DNA from: Haplodiscus bocki | Taxonomy: Eukaryota | DNA length: 64,000 nt | Assembly: GCA_965655095.1 (NCBI GenBank) | Contig: OZ296650.1 | Location: forward strand, 107,508,001 to 107,572,000 | Reading direction: 5' to 3' | Translations under genes and position numbers: made by a program | The notes under the pieces: generated by a model | The model's input: only the letters and a program-made list of their open reading frames with translations | Databases searched by the model: none | What the model was told of the DNA's origin: nothing | Shown here: piece by piece, positions 12,771 through 25,400 of the stretch | Layout: every line of letters starts with the position of its first letter | Numbering within the stretch: the first letter of the stretch is position 1

Positions 12771-14412
12771 ATGAGCTCTGCAGCCACTTCTTCAGTTGTG
12801 AAAAGTCACGTGCCTTCTGGAAGTGGTGATAGTTCTTCAAGTAGCGGCGGGGGTTTCAATAGGCCTACTCCGAAGCAAGAAGAAATTATCAAAGGTTTCC
12901 AGAAACTTCGACAGGAACAACATGCATTGAGCGAGAAAGTATCAGAAATCAAGTCGCAAATAGCTGAACATAAAAATGTCATTGCCGCCCTTGAAAAGGT
13001 ACGAACTTTTTGTACTTTTCTTGCAAAAGAATTTGTGACATGATTTTAATGAGGGTGAATATGCTGTGAAAGTGATGAAAAACAAGGCCAATTTAGGCTT
13101 TGCTTAGAGTGAGGTATACTAGTCTTTAGATAGGGAATAAAATTCATCGAGATTTCAATGTATTAACCGGTACTAAAAATATCGAGTATGCTGCTGTCGG
13201 GTTTTCTTGAGAACGAGATCTTATCAGGTAATCCTATATGTTCTTAATCATTCGGTAAATGCATACTGGTATCCATATCAATCATATTCACACGATATTC
13301 ATATCAATTTGAAAATGTTGTAAATAAATATCAATTATTTAGTCCTTGGAAGTTACGGTGTGTCCTAACTATCTTGTGTCACCGGATAAAGTAGGAATGG
13401 CCTTTTGGAACCAATCGATGCTGCTTGCGGACATTATAACGGAAATGTGAGAACTCAATTAAAAATTTTCAAAATAATTCAAAGGATACCCTTTAGCGTT
13501 TATCGTTTGTTTTTCTGACCAATTTTATCTTGTATGTCGTGTATTGTATCATTCCTTTTCCAGTTATCGTGTACCTTAGTTTTCGCTCTTTTGTGAAGTA
13601 TTTGTTCCGGTATCGTTAATCGTTGCAATACACAGTTTTTATCACCCCAAGAAATGAAAATCGGTATGAATGAACAGCTGAAACTTCTTTGAGATTTGGA
13701 GACTTTCTCTACACTTGCGGAAGCAAAGTTATAACACAGGCTCAAGTTTTTTCCGATCCGTTCACAAATTACTCAGGTTCCTAGATTTTGACCAAAGAGG
13801 AGGGAGTGGCCTAGGCTCGAACTTCGGACCATTCGCGTCATAGTCGCATTCTCTACTGACTGCCAGTGCTGCTTGAGAGCCGGTATTTTCATTTGAAATA
13901 TCAAGAGGAAGAAATATAGCGTTTCTTACTTGTATATGAATGTAGAAGAATTAACAGAGTTCTGTACACTTATTATCAGTAGTATAATTAGTATTGTGGC
14001 CCCTTTACAAATCAGTTATATTTAGTCGATTTGTTCGCCACTATTCCATTGGCGCAAGTGTTGCGAAGCACATCTTCGCCTCTGTGTAAATTAGTGACTA
14101 CTTATATGCAAATCAAACCTTCAAATGGGAATTGCTAGAATTTTTTGGAAGTATCCGAAGTCGTTTTCTGTTCGTTATTTGTTCTATCTTTAGGTATCAG
14201 AAGACCGAAAATGTTACCGAATGGTGGACCAAGCTCTAGTAGAGAGGAAAGTTGCAGATGTGTTACCAGAGTTACAAACAGTGAAAACTAACTTAGAAAA
14301 AACAGTTGCCATGATGGAGGATCAACTGGAAAAGAAAGGAAAGGAGCTTGTGGAGTACAAATCAAAGCACGATATCAAGATCCAGGGAGAGACTGCAGCC
14401 CAGGGCAGCTGA
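12771..14412 (+). CDS. PFDN2: Prefoldin subunit 2; join(12771..12998,14194..14412), 148 aa
   Basis: QEEIIKGFQKLRQEQ...EHKNVIAALEK|VSEDRKCYRMV...LVERKVADVLPEL...KGKELVEYKSKHDIKI; phase-0 intron GTACGA...TCTTTAG. Confidence 0.95.
13711..14087 (+). mobile_element. HINE-like repeat, copy b (in PFDN2 intron)
   Basis: ACACTTGCGGAAGCAAAGT ... GGCGCAAGTGTT GCGAAG-CACAT-CTTCGC CTCTGTGT; homologous to copy a along its length. Confidence 0.65.
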
Positions 14413-15390
14413 GAAGACGTTACAAATTACAAGTTTGTGCGTACCAACTGACTGTGCATTGATTGTTGTACATGTCTGCTCTTCATGCTACTGGCGGTCA
14501 CGTGACGGGAGCCATCAATGACGTCATCTTGAGATTTGGAAGAACAAAAGCGGCCTTCAAGTGCTTTTTGTGTTGGAACTCTTGTTCACTGGTTTGAAAG
14601 GCATGATTTCACCGTATTACCCCTTCTTGAGCTGAATTTACACGCCCTAAAAGCCATGGATCTTTTCTGTTTACTCCGTGCTCATGCTGACTTAACCCCC
14701 TCCCCTTACTGATGGATATCCAATATAATAAGCTTCGTAATGGTTCAAGTCACGCGCAAGTGAATTTTAGTCAATCAGAAAAAAGTTCGTTTATGCGTTG
14801 GGGGGAGGGGGTGGGTGGGTGTTTGTGTGGTTAAAATTCTCGTTACTACTGGTGGGGATAGAATAGGTAGTTAACAGGAAGATCCAAAATTCCTTCTCAT
14901 TTTTTGTATGAATCTTTGACAGGGTATTTATTCGGGTGAGTTTCTCAAAGTTCGCTAAAAAAGAATTAAAATTGACGCGCATTTTTGAACTATCTGCTAA
15001 CCATTCATGGTGATTTTACTTTCATCAGACGTGGATATTTGATTCCACCGGCCGTGAAATAATTTGAAGGGCCGGCCCGGTAACATGTACCAACTGAAAG
15101 CTGAGGTAGACTGGGTAATACGGTCATATGAATGGTTCGATTCCATGTTTGTTCATAAAATAAAGTGCAAAGTTTGAACTATTTGCTCATTTTCTTGAAT
15201 AATCGCTTTCTAAATTGTGTATGAATGTCAAATAACTTTTCAACCTAATCGCTTGTGTCTGCTATAGACGTTGTATTTGAAAGACTGACACTCTCAAAGA
15301 ACACTAAAAAAAGTTCTGCCTCCTGAAACCTGGTTCAAAATAGTTTTTGTCCGGCTACTTTGAAAAACCGTCAGTTATTATGATCTATTT

Positions 15391-15783
15391 ACACTGGCGC
15401 AAGCAAATGTTGTTATGTCACAGGCTTCTTCTGATTTTTTTTCTGATATGTTCACAACTCGCATTTGTGCCTACATTCTAATGTTGCCTAGATTTTATTC
15501 ATGCTCAGTTGCAAAATTTTGTTCACGTGGCCTATTTTACAACGTGCGCGGCGCTTGTTTTGATTACATAAAAGGTGAATTAACTGCTATAGTCGTTCGT
15601 TCGTACTTGTTACACTTGTATATAAATTCATGAGAATTAACCGAGTTAATCAAATTTGTTTAATTGTTTAATCATAGTTTGCGTAGTACCGTGGTCCCTT
15701 CAAAAATCAGTTATGCTTGTTCGATTTGGTCACTAGTATTCTTTTGGCGCAAGTATTGCGCAGCGGAGCTTCGCCTCTGTGTC
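15391..15783 (+). mobile_element. HINE-like repeat, copy c (different internal segment, shared with 61231-61600)
   Basis: Same terminal subTIR and hairpin motifs; lacks the tRNA-like insert. Confidence 0.6.
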
Positions 15784-16873
15784 TTGAATCACTCAATACA
15801 ATTCGCATCTTATTTTCCGCTTCTTCGACCGTATTGCAACGGCTAAGGATTTTTTTTTTTCAAAACTGGCAGTTTATGACGTCATTGGAGAGTCCAATGC
15901 TGCAATGAAACGGTTGTCGGAAGTGAACTTTTGAGACATTTGGCAGTCAATTGTTATTTTCGCTTTCTAAAACGCATGCGTCTCCTAAAGTACAAGCTGT
16001 CACAATGCGCGACTCAAAAATGCACAATTGACAAATCAAGGTTTTGCGTATGAGATGATGTGTCAGGTACTTCAAGTTTTCTCCTCTGTGTGACCCAAAA
16101 AAGCTAAAATTAGTTAGGATAGCAATGAAACTTCTTCTAAGTCTTACATCTTGCCTGTCAATCATCAGAATTGACATTTCCAGTTCTCATGAAAGTTTGA
16201 AAATGACGATCATTTTCATTTCGAATTAACAAAGTTGGATTGATTTTTTGCCAAAATGATGCCTTTTTTTCTAATTTGTGAAAGAAGTTTCAGAATTCCG
16301 AATGATTGGCAAGTGAGGCTAGAACTTTCTGAAGTATTTTCACATGAAGTTCTTTGATATGAGCTTTATTTATCAGCTCCAAATTCAAAACGTGTATGAT
16401 TGTTTTTCATGAGTCACCTAGTATTAGTTTTTTTTCTGACAAATGCTTGATAGACAGTTGTTCTCGTAACTCTAAAAGTCAATTATGTCTGCGATCGTGG
16501 TTTCAAAAATAACTTTGATATCTGGTTTATTAAAATACAGTTTTCAAGATCCGAGATTTTGGCGAGTTTGGTTTTTCTGGTCAGCATGTGTAGCGAAGCC
16601 TCCGCTTCGCCTCAGTGTTCAAAATTATCAGTCAATTTTTTCTTATTTAGGTTAATACAGTTTTTACAACGCTAAATTCTTAGCGCCTAATGCCAAAAAA
16701 ATTTGATGCCTGTTTTTTTTTTTTACTTCAAAAGCGTACATAATGAACGATGAAATACGGTATACGAATCCTGCAATGTTATTTTCATGGAAGTTGAGTG
16801 TTAGGATATGATTGTTACTGGGAAATATTCTTTTATTTTAAGGGAAACTATGCGTTGAGTATATTCCTCAAAG

Positions 16874-19800
16874 ATGAGTTCTGTGGACCGCATTGCGCAA
16901 CTCAAAGTCACAAAACAATTTATAAGGTTATGCAAAAATGGAAAAATATATTGTAATAATTCTACCAACATTACAGACACTACAACACGATTAGCAGCAG
17001 CGACTTCGTTGACAGAGTCCTCTGTAGGAGCAGGCCCTGGGTTGATACATGTTGACAACAACACACCAATTTCGTTGGAAGAATTTTTGAGGAGGAAAAA
17101 TGGTTTCACTTTAAAAGCGCCACCAATTGAAGATTCACCAAAATTTAAACACGTAAGAATTCTGGAGTTAGACAATAAATGGAAGTATTGGATACCTACC
17201 AAAAATGTGAAGGTGTCATCAGAAGATATTGTTCTTTCCGAGCCGTCTGTTGGCCTTGGGTTGCCCAAAATTATACCTCTTCCAACTCATGCGTCTTCGT
17301 CTTTTAGCAGAGAAGAGATGTTGAAACTTTGCAAGCAGGTTCGATTCCAGGATGATCAAATTATGTACTACGAGAAACGGAAACTTCCGAAAGAAATAAG
17401 AACTGGAAGTGCCGAATTATCACCTAAACAGATTCAAAAGAAAATCGAATCGCATTTATCTCCAGGGGAGGTTAAAAAGAGCTGCAATTTGGAATCTATC
17501 ACTTTTCAATCAAAACAGCGCAAAGATACTCAAAGTATTTTGTCCGACTGCATTCTTTTATTTTCAGAGAACAAAAATAGTCCCGAGTATCGATTTTATC
17601 CTGGAAAGAAGTGTTCTCCAGAAAGAATGACTCTTATCGCCAACTGCATCAGCTCTGAAATTAATTCTTTGGGTGTTCCTGGCACTGTTACAGATTTTTC
17701 AATTTATGAAAAAGATATGCATCTATTGCTGGTAAAGCTATCTGGGCGTCGTGTCCTAGCCAAAGACTTGCAACAGTACAAAATGTGGAATGCCATGCTG
17801 AGGTCATGGCTGGCAACTAAAATGGAAGTCATTCCTAGTATTTTGAAACTTCAGACCGAAATCGACAAAGGAAAAATCAACGTGAGATGGCGCGTAAAGA
17901 CCTTGACAACTTTTTTGTTAGTAGATATGTTTATGAACGAAAAGGAATTTGCTAGTAGCTGAGAATTCCTAATATATTTTTTGGTCATATAAATTTTCAG
18001 TTATTCAGTTTATGGCTGAAAACACCGGTTTTTATTTGAAGGTTAGGTGTCTAATTTGACTACTACTAACTCGTTTCTGAGTTCGGACCCTGTCATGGTT
18101 CCCCTTTTGTATACAGCAAATTAATTGAGCTTAATGCCGCCTTGTAAATTATACAGGCCAAAAACAGCTCAAACTCGGCTTTCGGGCGCGAAACGTTTCG
18201 TGGGTGACCTTTGGTATTTCGGGACCTTGTATATTTTCTTGTACTGGAGTACTATTGTGTATATAATTTCACCGCCAAAGGATACTTTGTTGTGATCTTT
18301 AAAGAACATAGTGATTACAGAAGTGGGCTTGTATCTGCGATCCTGCTGACTGAAAACGCTGGGTCTTGTTAGAGACTAACAAGCCAAGAATGGCCAGAGT
18401 TGGCTCCGCTCTTACGGCTCAAAATACTCAGGGCAGAGTTAGTTTTGATATTTGAAGAAGAGTTGTACTTTGATATATTTTTTGGTATAAAATATAAAAC
18501 GTAGTTTATAATGTGATCCCAACCCGCTACCTATCAATTCAGTAGATTTTATGCGGGGTTATCACGAAAAACATTTTAGATGGGAGATCCAAAGTTTTTT
18601 GAGAAATAGGTAATTTTTCGGTATAGTTTTATGGTATAAAAAGTAAAAAAAATTGTATAAAATGTTTGAAAAGATAGTAAGCGATATTTGAACCGATCGA
18701 CAGTGTTGGGGAACGAGTCGCACGCGAAAATGCTACTATGCTCGAATTGGATCAGTTCGATGTGAAAAAAAATCAGAAATAGTCGGCTTGTTCATAAAAA
18801 GTAGAGCGCCGACTAAAAAGCAGCCGACAATTAGCATTCCTAAAATTTCATCTCGTACTAAACATAAACGCTGGGTAAATAGACTTATAAATGTTACGTT
18901 TTATATTGTTTACGTTTTTTGACGATTCATAAAGTCACAGTTAAAATGTACTCTGAAGTTCCTAATGCGCGAGACCCCCGGGTAATGACAAACACCTAAA
19001 TTTTTCACCCCCCTCGCCTATTGAAACACACTTATATCGGAGACGAAAGTATTCCATATTATAGGTACACCACAACCTTTTCAGAAATACGTACCGCCTG
19101 AATTTCAGAAAAATTGTAACTACTTCAAATAGTTCAGCCGACTGCCTTTATCATCGTATATAGTTGCCTTTATTATAATCAGCGTGTTTCATTTTTACTT
19201 GATAGCATTTAAACCTGTGTTTAATTAATTGCCTTTAAACCTGTACTTGGTTTACGACAATTTATCACTAAAGTCAACTTATTGAGTTAGATATTTTATT
19301 TTTGCACTTTCTAGTTGTTTCCTTTTGTCTTTGAAATCACACTTCCAGGTTTTAATCCGTTTTAAATTGACAGACAAATGCAAAGTTTCGAAAAGCTGAT
19401 GTTTTAAAAATTGTGCAGCAAAACAAAGTTTTTGTGTTTTGAAGCAGGCAAGAAGAACCAACCTTTAATTTTAATTGCATTTTCGCCTTTTTGTCCTTCA
19501 AATCAGCTTCCTTGCTACAATTCATACTGAATCGCTCTGTAACTGAACTTTTATTTTACTTGCGCAAGCGAGTGTTACCACATAGTCTTAAATTTTTTTC
19601 CGTTCCGTTCTTAACTGACATAAATTCGTGAATTTTTCTTAACCAAAGAGGAGGGAGTGGCCTAGGCTCGAACCCGCGACCGCTCGCACTGCAGTGGCAT
19701 GCTCTACTGACCCTGCCATTTTCGCTTGAGAATAATTTTATTTTGAATATCTAGTGAATGAAATATATCGTTTCTTACTTGTATGTAAATGTACAAAAAC

Positions 19801-21684
19801 CAGGTTGATAAATGTACGAGAATCAACTGAGTTTCTGTACACTTCCTATCAGTTATATTCGTATGTCGTGGCCCCTCCTAAAACCAGTTTTATTTAGTTG
19901 ATTGTTCACTAGTATTCTTTTGGTGCAAGTGTTGCGAGGCACAGCTTCGCCTCTGCGTTGAATTTTCAATATTAAAGAAATTTTTCCAAAAATTTTCATT
20001 TTATGAAGCGTGCATGTGAGACAAATTCGCATTTTGTCGGGAGTATGCCCTCTTTTGACCGAATGAGCTTTTTCCAAGTATTCTTTCATGTGTCGATGTC
20101 AAATCTCGAATCTAGTAAATTTGGCGGAAATATGAAAAGTCCAAAAAATAAAACTTTGCAAAAATCTTTTCCATGCTTAAAGCGGGCCAAATTAGCTAAT
20201 TTCTCTTTTTTTCAATGGATTTTACTCCTGCCGTTAAAACCAGCTTTGTGCTACTTTTCATCTGTGTATCAATGTCAAATTGAATTTAATGGTTGTTATC
20301 GCGGAAATATGAAAAGTTTTGCAAAAGTTCGTTTCAGGTTTTAAAGCTGGCAGTTTTCGCTAATTTCGCGTTTTCTGGCGGATTTTCGACTTTTCGCCTA
20401 AAAATCAGTTTTCTTGCAACTATTTGTGAATTTATCGATAAGGAATTACAATTTTTGTAAGTTTCGTGGAAATAAGAAATTTCTACTAAATTCTCTACAT
20501 TTTTTGAAACAGGTAAAATTAGCTGACTGCATTTCTTCGGGGATTTTCACAAAAGCAGCTTTCTAGCTAGTAATCCAAATCAAACCGTTGCAATGATATA
20601 ATATCTCCTATTCCCAGTAATTTTCAAATAAGGTGATTATACATATATGGATTGCCATGATTATACGTCGGGATTGCCAAATGTGGATGGTCTGATTAAT
20701 TGATTTTTTTTCACGGAGGACCATTTTTTCCGTTGAGTTCAAAAGTGAGATTTAGTGGGAATATGTTCACCTAACTTGAAATGGGAAGAGGTTTTTGGAA
20801 ACGTTCTTTTCTGAAAATTTGATGTGTTTATTTTCGGAACCAATTGAAATATGATTGAAATGAAGAGCATTTTTGGTTAGAATCTTTTGCTTCGATGTTT
20901 GAGCCCCGGTAAAACGTGAAAATGCACGAGTGTATCAATAAATATTTCAACACTTTTTCTGATAAAATATGTGCACATGGAGTTTCCACAAAACTTCGAA
21001 ACTTTTAAACTGTTTCGAGGGAGAACATTATAACATGGATTTTAAGGTTTTTGAGCTAAAGTGAATTTTGAAAAAGTTCAAAATTCATCCTTTTTTGAAT
21101 GTGTTAGCTATGTTTACTGCCTGTTTATTGGAAGCCTCCTTTTGCTGTCAAACGAAACGTGCTAATTATAAACCCTGGCGCTAATTAGAAACCACGGAGT
21201 ATAATTTTATCCATGGAACTGGTGCTGGTTCAATGGGTTCAAATTTCTAGCCATTGTGTTGATTGTATACCTATACTGGTATCGCTTTGTAAAACTATGA
21301 TTCTCTTTCTGTTTTAGTTCGCTGAGTGTGTTGCTAATGAAAGACAAAGAATCATACTATAGTTATGTAGACTTCCACTCTGAATTCTTCATCAACGATG
21401 AAGGACAAATTTACTGCCATGTAATATCCAGAATGGAGCCTACGAAGAGTGGACAACGGCTGGGTAAAACAGCCAAGTTATCAACCTTAGCGGCCGGTCT
21501 TTTCGGCTTATCTGGACTGGATGATAACAACTGCTGTCTCTCTTCAACGTCTGCGACTTTTTATACCTCGGCTGTTTTTTCTGTCAATCCACTCAAGTCA
21601 TTGCCACTGATTACGTCCGAGCTTGTCACACAAAACGGGAAAGAAGAAACTAGTTTGGTTTATCAGACATTTCAGCGGAATTAA
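16874..21684 (+). CDS. DUF2358 / C6orf136-like protein; join(16874..17916,21318..21684), 469 aa
   Basis: TDFSIYEKDMHL...ILKLQTEIDKGKINVRWRVKTL joins through a phase-2 GTTAGT...GTTTTAG intron to KDKESYYSYVDFHSEFFINDEGQIYCHVISRMEP. This is collinear with the recalled C6orf136 C-terminal domain (DYSLYS...ARWRL...DAYSTFYLNSSGLICRH). Confidence 0.8.
19556..19959 (+). mobile_element. HINE-like repeat, copy d
   Basis: ACTTGCGCAAGCGAGTGT ... GTGCAAGTGTTGCGAGGCACAGCTTCGCCTCTG; antisense tRNA-like segment with B-box GGTTCGAGCC. Confidence 0.65.
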
Positions 21685-22123
21685 ATTGAAATTATTCTTA
21701 TAATTGATCTGAAAATGAATTTAGTTTAACATCTATTGTCGCATGCATTTGACCAAAGATATACTTTTCTGAAATAGCTTCTTTCAACTTGACTGGTTAC
21801 GACGAATTGGGTCGTGTAGTTGCAATACTCGCGATTAATTTTTTTAGTAATGTAAGCACCAGGTCAAAATAGAAAAGAGCAAATATCCCTGTAAGATGAG
21901 ACTGTACGACCAAACTGCTTTGATGAATTCCACCTTCAAACGAGGGAATTAGGCTTATACTTAATTATTATTATGAGGAATTTTTGATATTTCCTTCAGT
22001 GCCTTCCCTCGAGTTCAAGTTTATGCTCAAATTATTTTTCAGTTGCGTGCCATGTTCTTATATTCATCTCTTGAATCCCATGAATAATCCCATTTACTAC
22101 ATCACCCTTACAACACATCGCTG

Positions 22124-22494
22124 ATGCAACCTCTTTACAGTGAAAGTAGCGAAGAAAAGCCGACGAACGGATCTCTGGAAAAACGCGAGAGACAGAAGCA
22201 AAATGACGTTATCATTCCATCTGATTCTATTCTGAAATCAGTCACTCGGTCAATTGAGTGTGCGGTGTGCCTGGAAAGATTACGGATAGAAGACAACCGA
22301 GTTCTGCCATGTCAACATACATACCATTACGGGTGTCTCGAGTTGACCTTGGCACGTGAAGGCGAACTTAGATGTCCAGAGTGCAGAAGACTTTCAGATG
22401 TGTATCTGGATGACTTATTGCCCAATTATACTCTAAATAAAATTTTGGAAAGTCTTCCATTAGATCAACATACCTCGACCACGGACATAAAAAG
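22124..22494 (+). CDS. SH3RF1: SH3RF-like exon 1 (RING domain)
   Basis: Closely matches the POSH N-terminal RING pattern ECPVCLERL..KVLPCQHTFC..C...ELRCPECR. Confidence 0.85.
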
Positions 22495-25400
22495 GTTGTT
22501 CGATTATTTTTGAAAAAAATGGGCGCGTTTTCAATAACTGGAAATGAAAAAATCGGTAGTATTGTAGAAAATTGCATTTTCGAGGCGTGAGTAATCAATT
22601 CATTGTAAGCCTCGAAGAGAATAATTCAATTCAAGTTCATGCAAAGTTGCCGTTTCAACGCTACTTCGTGACGTTTGATGATTTTAATAAAGTCCTGAAA
22701 AATTTACGGATATTCCTATTATGATTTTTATCACACCCTTCGAATTGTTTTTTCTGATACGTTCACACTCACACAAGTTCCTACATTTTGACCAAAAAGA
22801 GGAGGGAGTGTCGTAGGCTCGAACCTGATGCTTTGGCGCCGCCGTCACATTCAGCTTGAGAATAAGTATTTCTATTCAAAAAATCCAGCGAATGAAAAAT
22901 TATAGCGTTTCTTACTTGCATATAAATTTAGAAGAATCGACTGAGTTTCTGTACACTTGTTATCAGTGGTACACTCATTATCCTTTATGAGAATACACTT
23001 ATCGGAATCGAGCCTCAATTGTTCTTGACGAAAACAGAGAATTGAGTCTCAATTGTTCTTAAAATGTTCTTAATGTTCATGTATGACGTAATTTTTGCTC
23101 AGCGTGAGAAAATACTGAATTTTAACTTTTTACTGCAGTTAACTTTTTACTGCGTGAGAAATATTACTGCAGCTTCCAACAGCTAGGCGATTCAACCTAC
23201 AAAATTGTGCCGCTGCTAATTTTCTGATGCCATCAGATTAACAAATCTGTATTTGATTAGAAATTAGGCTTGGAGATCCAGAATTCTATTTTGGCTGATA
23301 ACACTTTCTGAATAATTTTGAGCCTCAATTGTTCTTGAGTGTTCTTAATAAAAAAAATTTCAGATGCTCATGTTCTTATGAAATTGTTCTTATGAAGGAT
23401 AATGAGTGTATTCGTATTAACGTGGCCTCTTCAAAAATCAGTTAAATGTAGTCGATTTGTTTCATAGAATTCCGTTGGCGCAAGTGCTGCGAAGCGCAAT
23501 TTTTTGAACCCATTTCTGATGCCAGATACCACAACGAAAAAGTAGATGTTGGATAAAATTTGTTGTAATGCGCCTCTTTGACGGATAATTTAAATTGATG
23601 AACAATGAAGATGTTGAAATTTTCAAGCTAGGAAAGATACTGCTTGCGCATGATAAAACTAACGGCACTTCATTTCTTTTCAAGATGCAACCTAATTTAC
23701 CATTTCAGAGATTCTGAAAAAAATAATTGGGAAATAATCCTCATAGAAAATTTATATTTCCTTCAAAAACTATTGATTTGAGATAAGTTTTTTTTACAAT
23801 TACTTGTGCGACCAGATGTGGAATTGTTTTTCACGTTTTAACTATAATTTTCAAAAATACGAACAGCCTACTGATAAAAGAGAACCTAATGGAGGGTGTT
23901 CTGAAAGCACCAAACTTTTTTTGCAAGACGTTTTAGTAGAGCAAAACCTAAATTGAATTGACTTTAAATCCTTGCTTACCGGTTTTTCTCTTCGTTAGGA
24001 AAGACTGATGGGTATGAGAACATTTGTCTGAAATAATTTTTCAAAATTCAAATGATTTTTTTAGAGTGTCATTATTGCAATATTTCAGGGAATGTTGATT
24101 TGAAGAGCAATTATCTATTCTGGGACCTTCTATAATAACAAATTATTTTTACGGAATCCCAGCACCATTTTGTTCATGTTTCAGAAAATACCTGCGCACT
24201 AGATCTCTGAATGTTACAAGTTTGATCCTGCAGAACTTACAAGTGAGTCAACGTACAGTAGTGATTTTAATTAATGCGACAACTTTAATGCTTCAGTCAA
24301 ATTTAAACACGAATAACTTCGGGAATAATCATTTTGGACAAAAGTACCGAAAACAAAATATTCTTTGAATTTTTAGGAGATTATAATGGTGTTTGTTTGA
24401 AAAAATTCCAACGAATAGAGCAAAAACTAGAAAATATGTTCCATTCTTTTGAGAATTTCGTAAGCTTAAAAAATTAATAATGGAATTTTACTTCATCAAT
24501 AGATGCCCCTGATGTTTCAGCGACAGCTGATATCATCTGTCGACGGAACAGTTTTGAAAAACTATTCCAAAATTCATCTTGAATCTACTAAATTTGAAAA
24601 TCAATGTATTAAAATAGGATGTTAAAATTATACTTTTACTTTTTGCAGTTTCTTCTGGAAATTCAAAGTTGTGAAAAAAGTGTTAAAGATTAAAGCTCCG
24701 GGGAATAACCAAAAATAACGAATTATGTAATTTGTTTCTTGCTATCTTGCATCATTGTTAAGATCTTTTACGAAAACTGCCAAAATTAGCCAATATTTGC
24801 AATGCTTGCATAGTTTATTTACTCAACTTTGGGACGCGATTTCTACCCTTATGAAGTACTTGTTTTCGCAAGTAAAACAGCCATGTCGTAGCCCTTTTAA
24901 TTAGCGTTCTCAGAGTACCATTGTTTACTCTGATCTCCTAACTTTTACTTCTCCACTTGGGATTTTGTAAAGCGTATCAAAATTGCTGAGTCGCATTAAT
25001 TAAAACCACTACTGTAGATCAACTGGAACTGAGTGTGTGAAGCTGTTTGCTAATTTGTCTGTTCTTTTAGAATGACCCAAAGCAAACAGAGCAACCAATG
25101 CCCCTATGTAAAGCTTTGTATGATTACAAGGCACAGCACAAAACGTAAGTTCCTCATATTTGTTCCTTTTTTCTTCCTGTTGCCTGATAGCGTTCTCATA
25201 CATGCAACAAATTGTAGAGTGAACCTAGCGATGATTGTAGTCAGACACCGCGAAAATCTGCTGCCCTAAAACCAATATTCTGCTGCCGCCTAAAATGGAA
25301 TCTGCTTTTGAAAAAATTTTGGTCAAATTTCAATGATTTTACTGTTCTAATAGCAGTATAAATTATCCTTCAAAGATTTATCTGACACATTTGTTCTCCG

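Noticed and set aside
13795-13885. tRNA genes in the repeat copies and at 28646
   Set aside because: A/B boxes are present but the cloverleaf stems do not pair; treated as tRNA-derived sequence.
16801-17268. 155-aa minus-strand ORF
   Set aside because: Antisense shadow of the DUF2358-like exon 1.
21685-22123. Operon / SL trans-splicing between the DUF2358 and SH3RF-like genes (440-bp gap, acceptor at 22042)
   Set aside because: Candidate donors (GTAAGC about 21853, GTAAGA about 21891) allow an ordinary 5'-UTR intron; this cannot be decided without transcripts.
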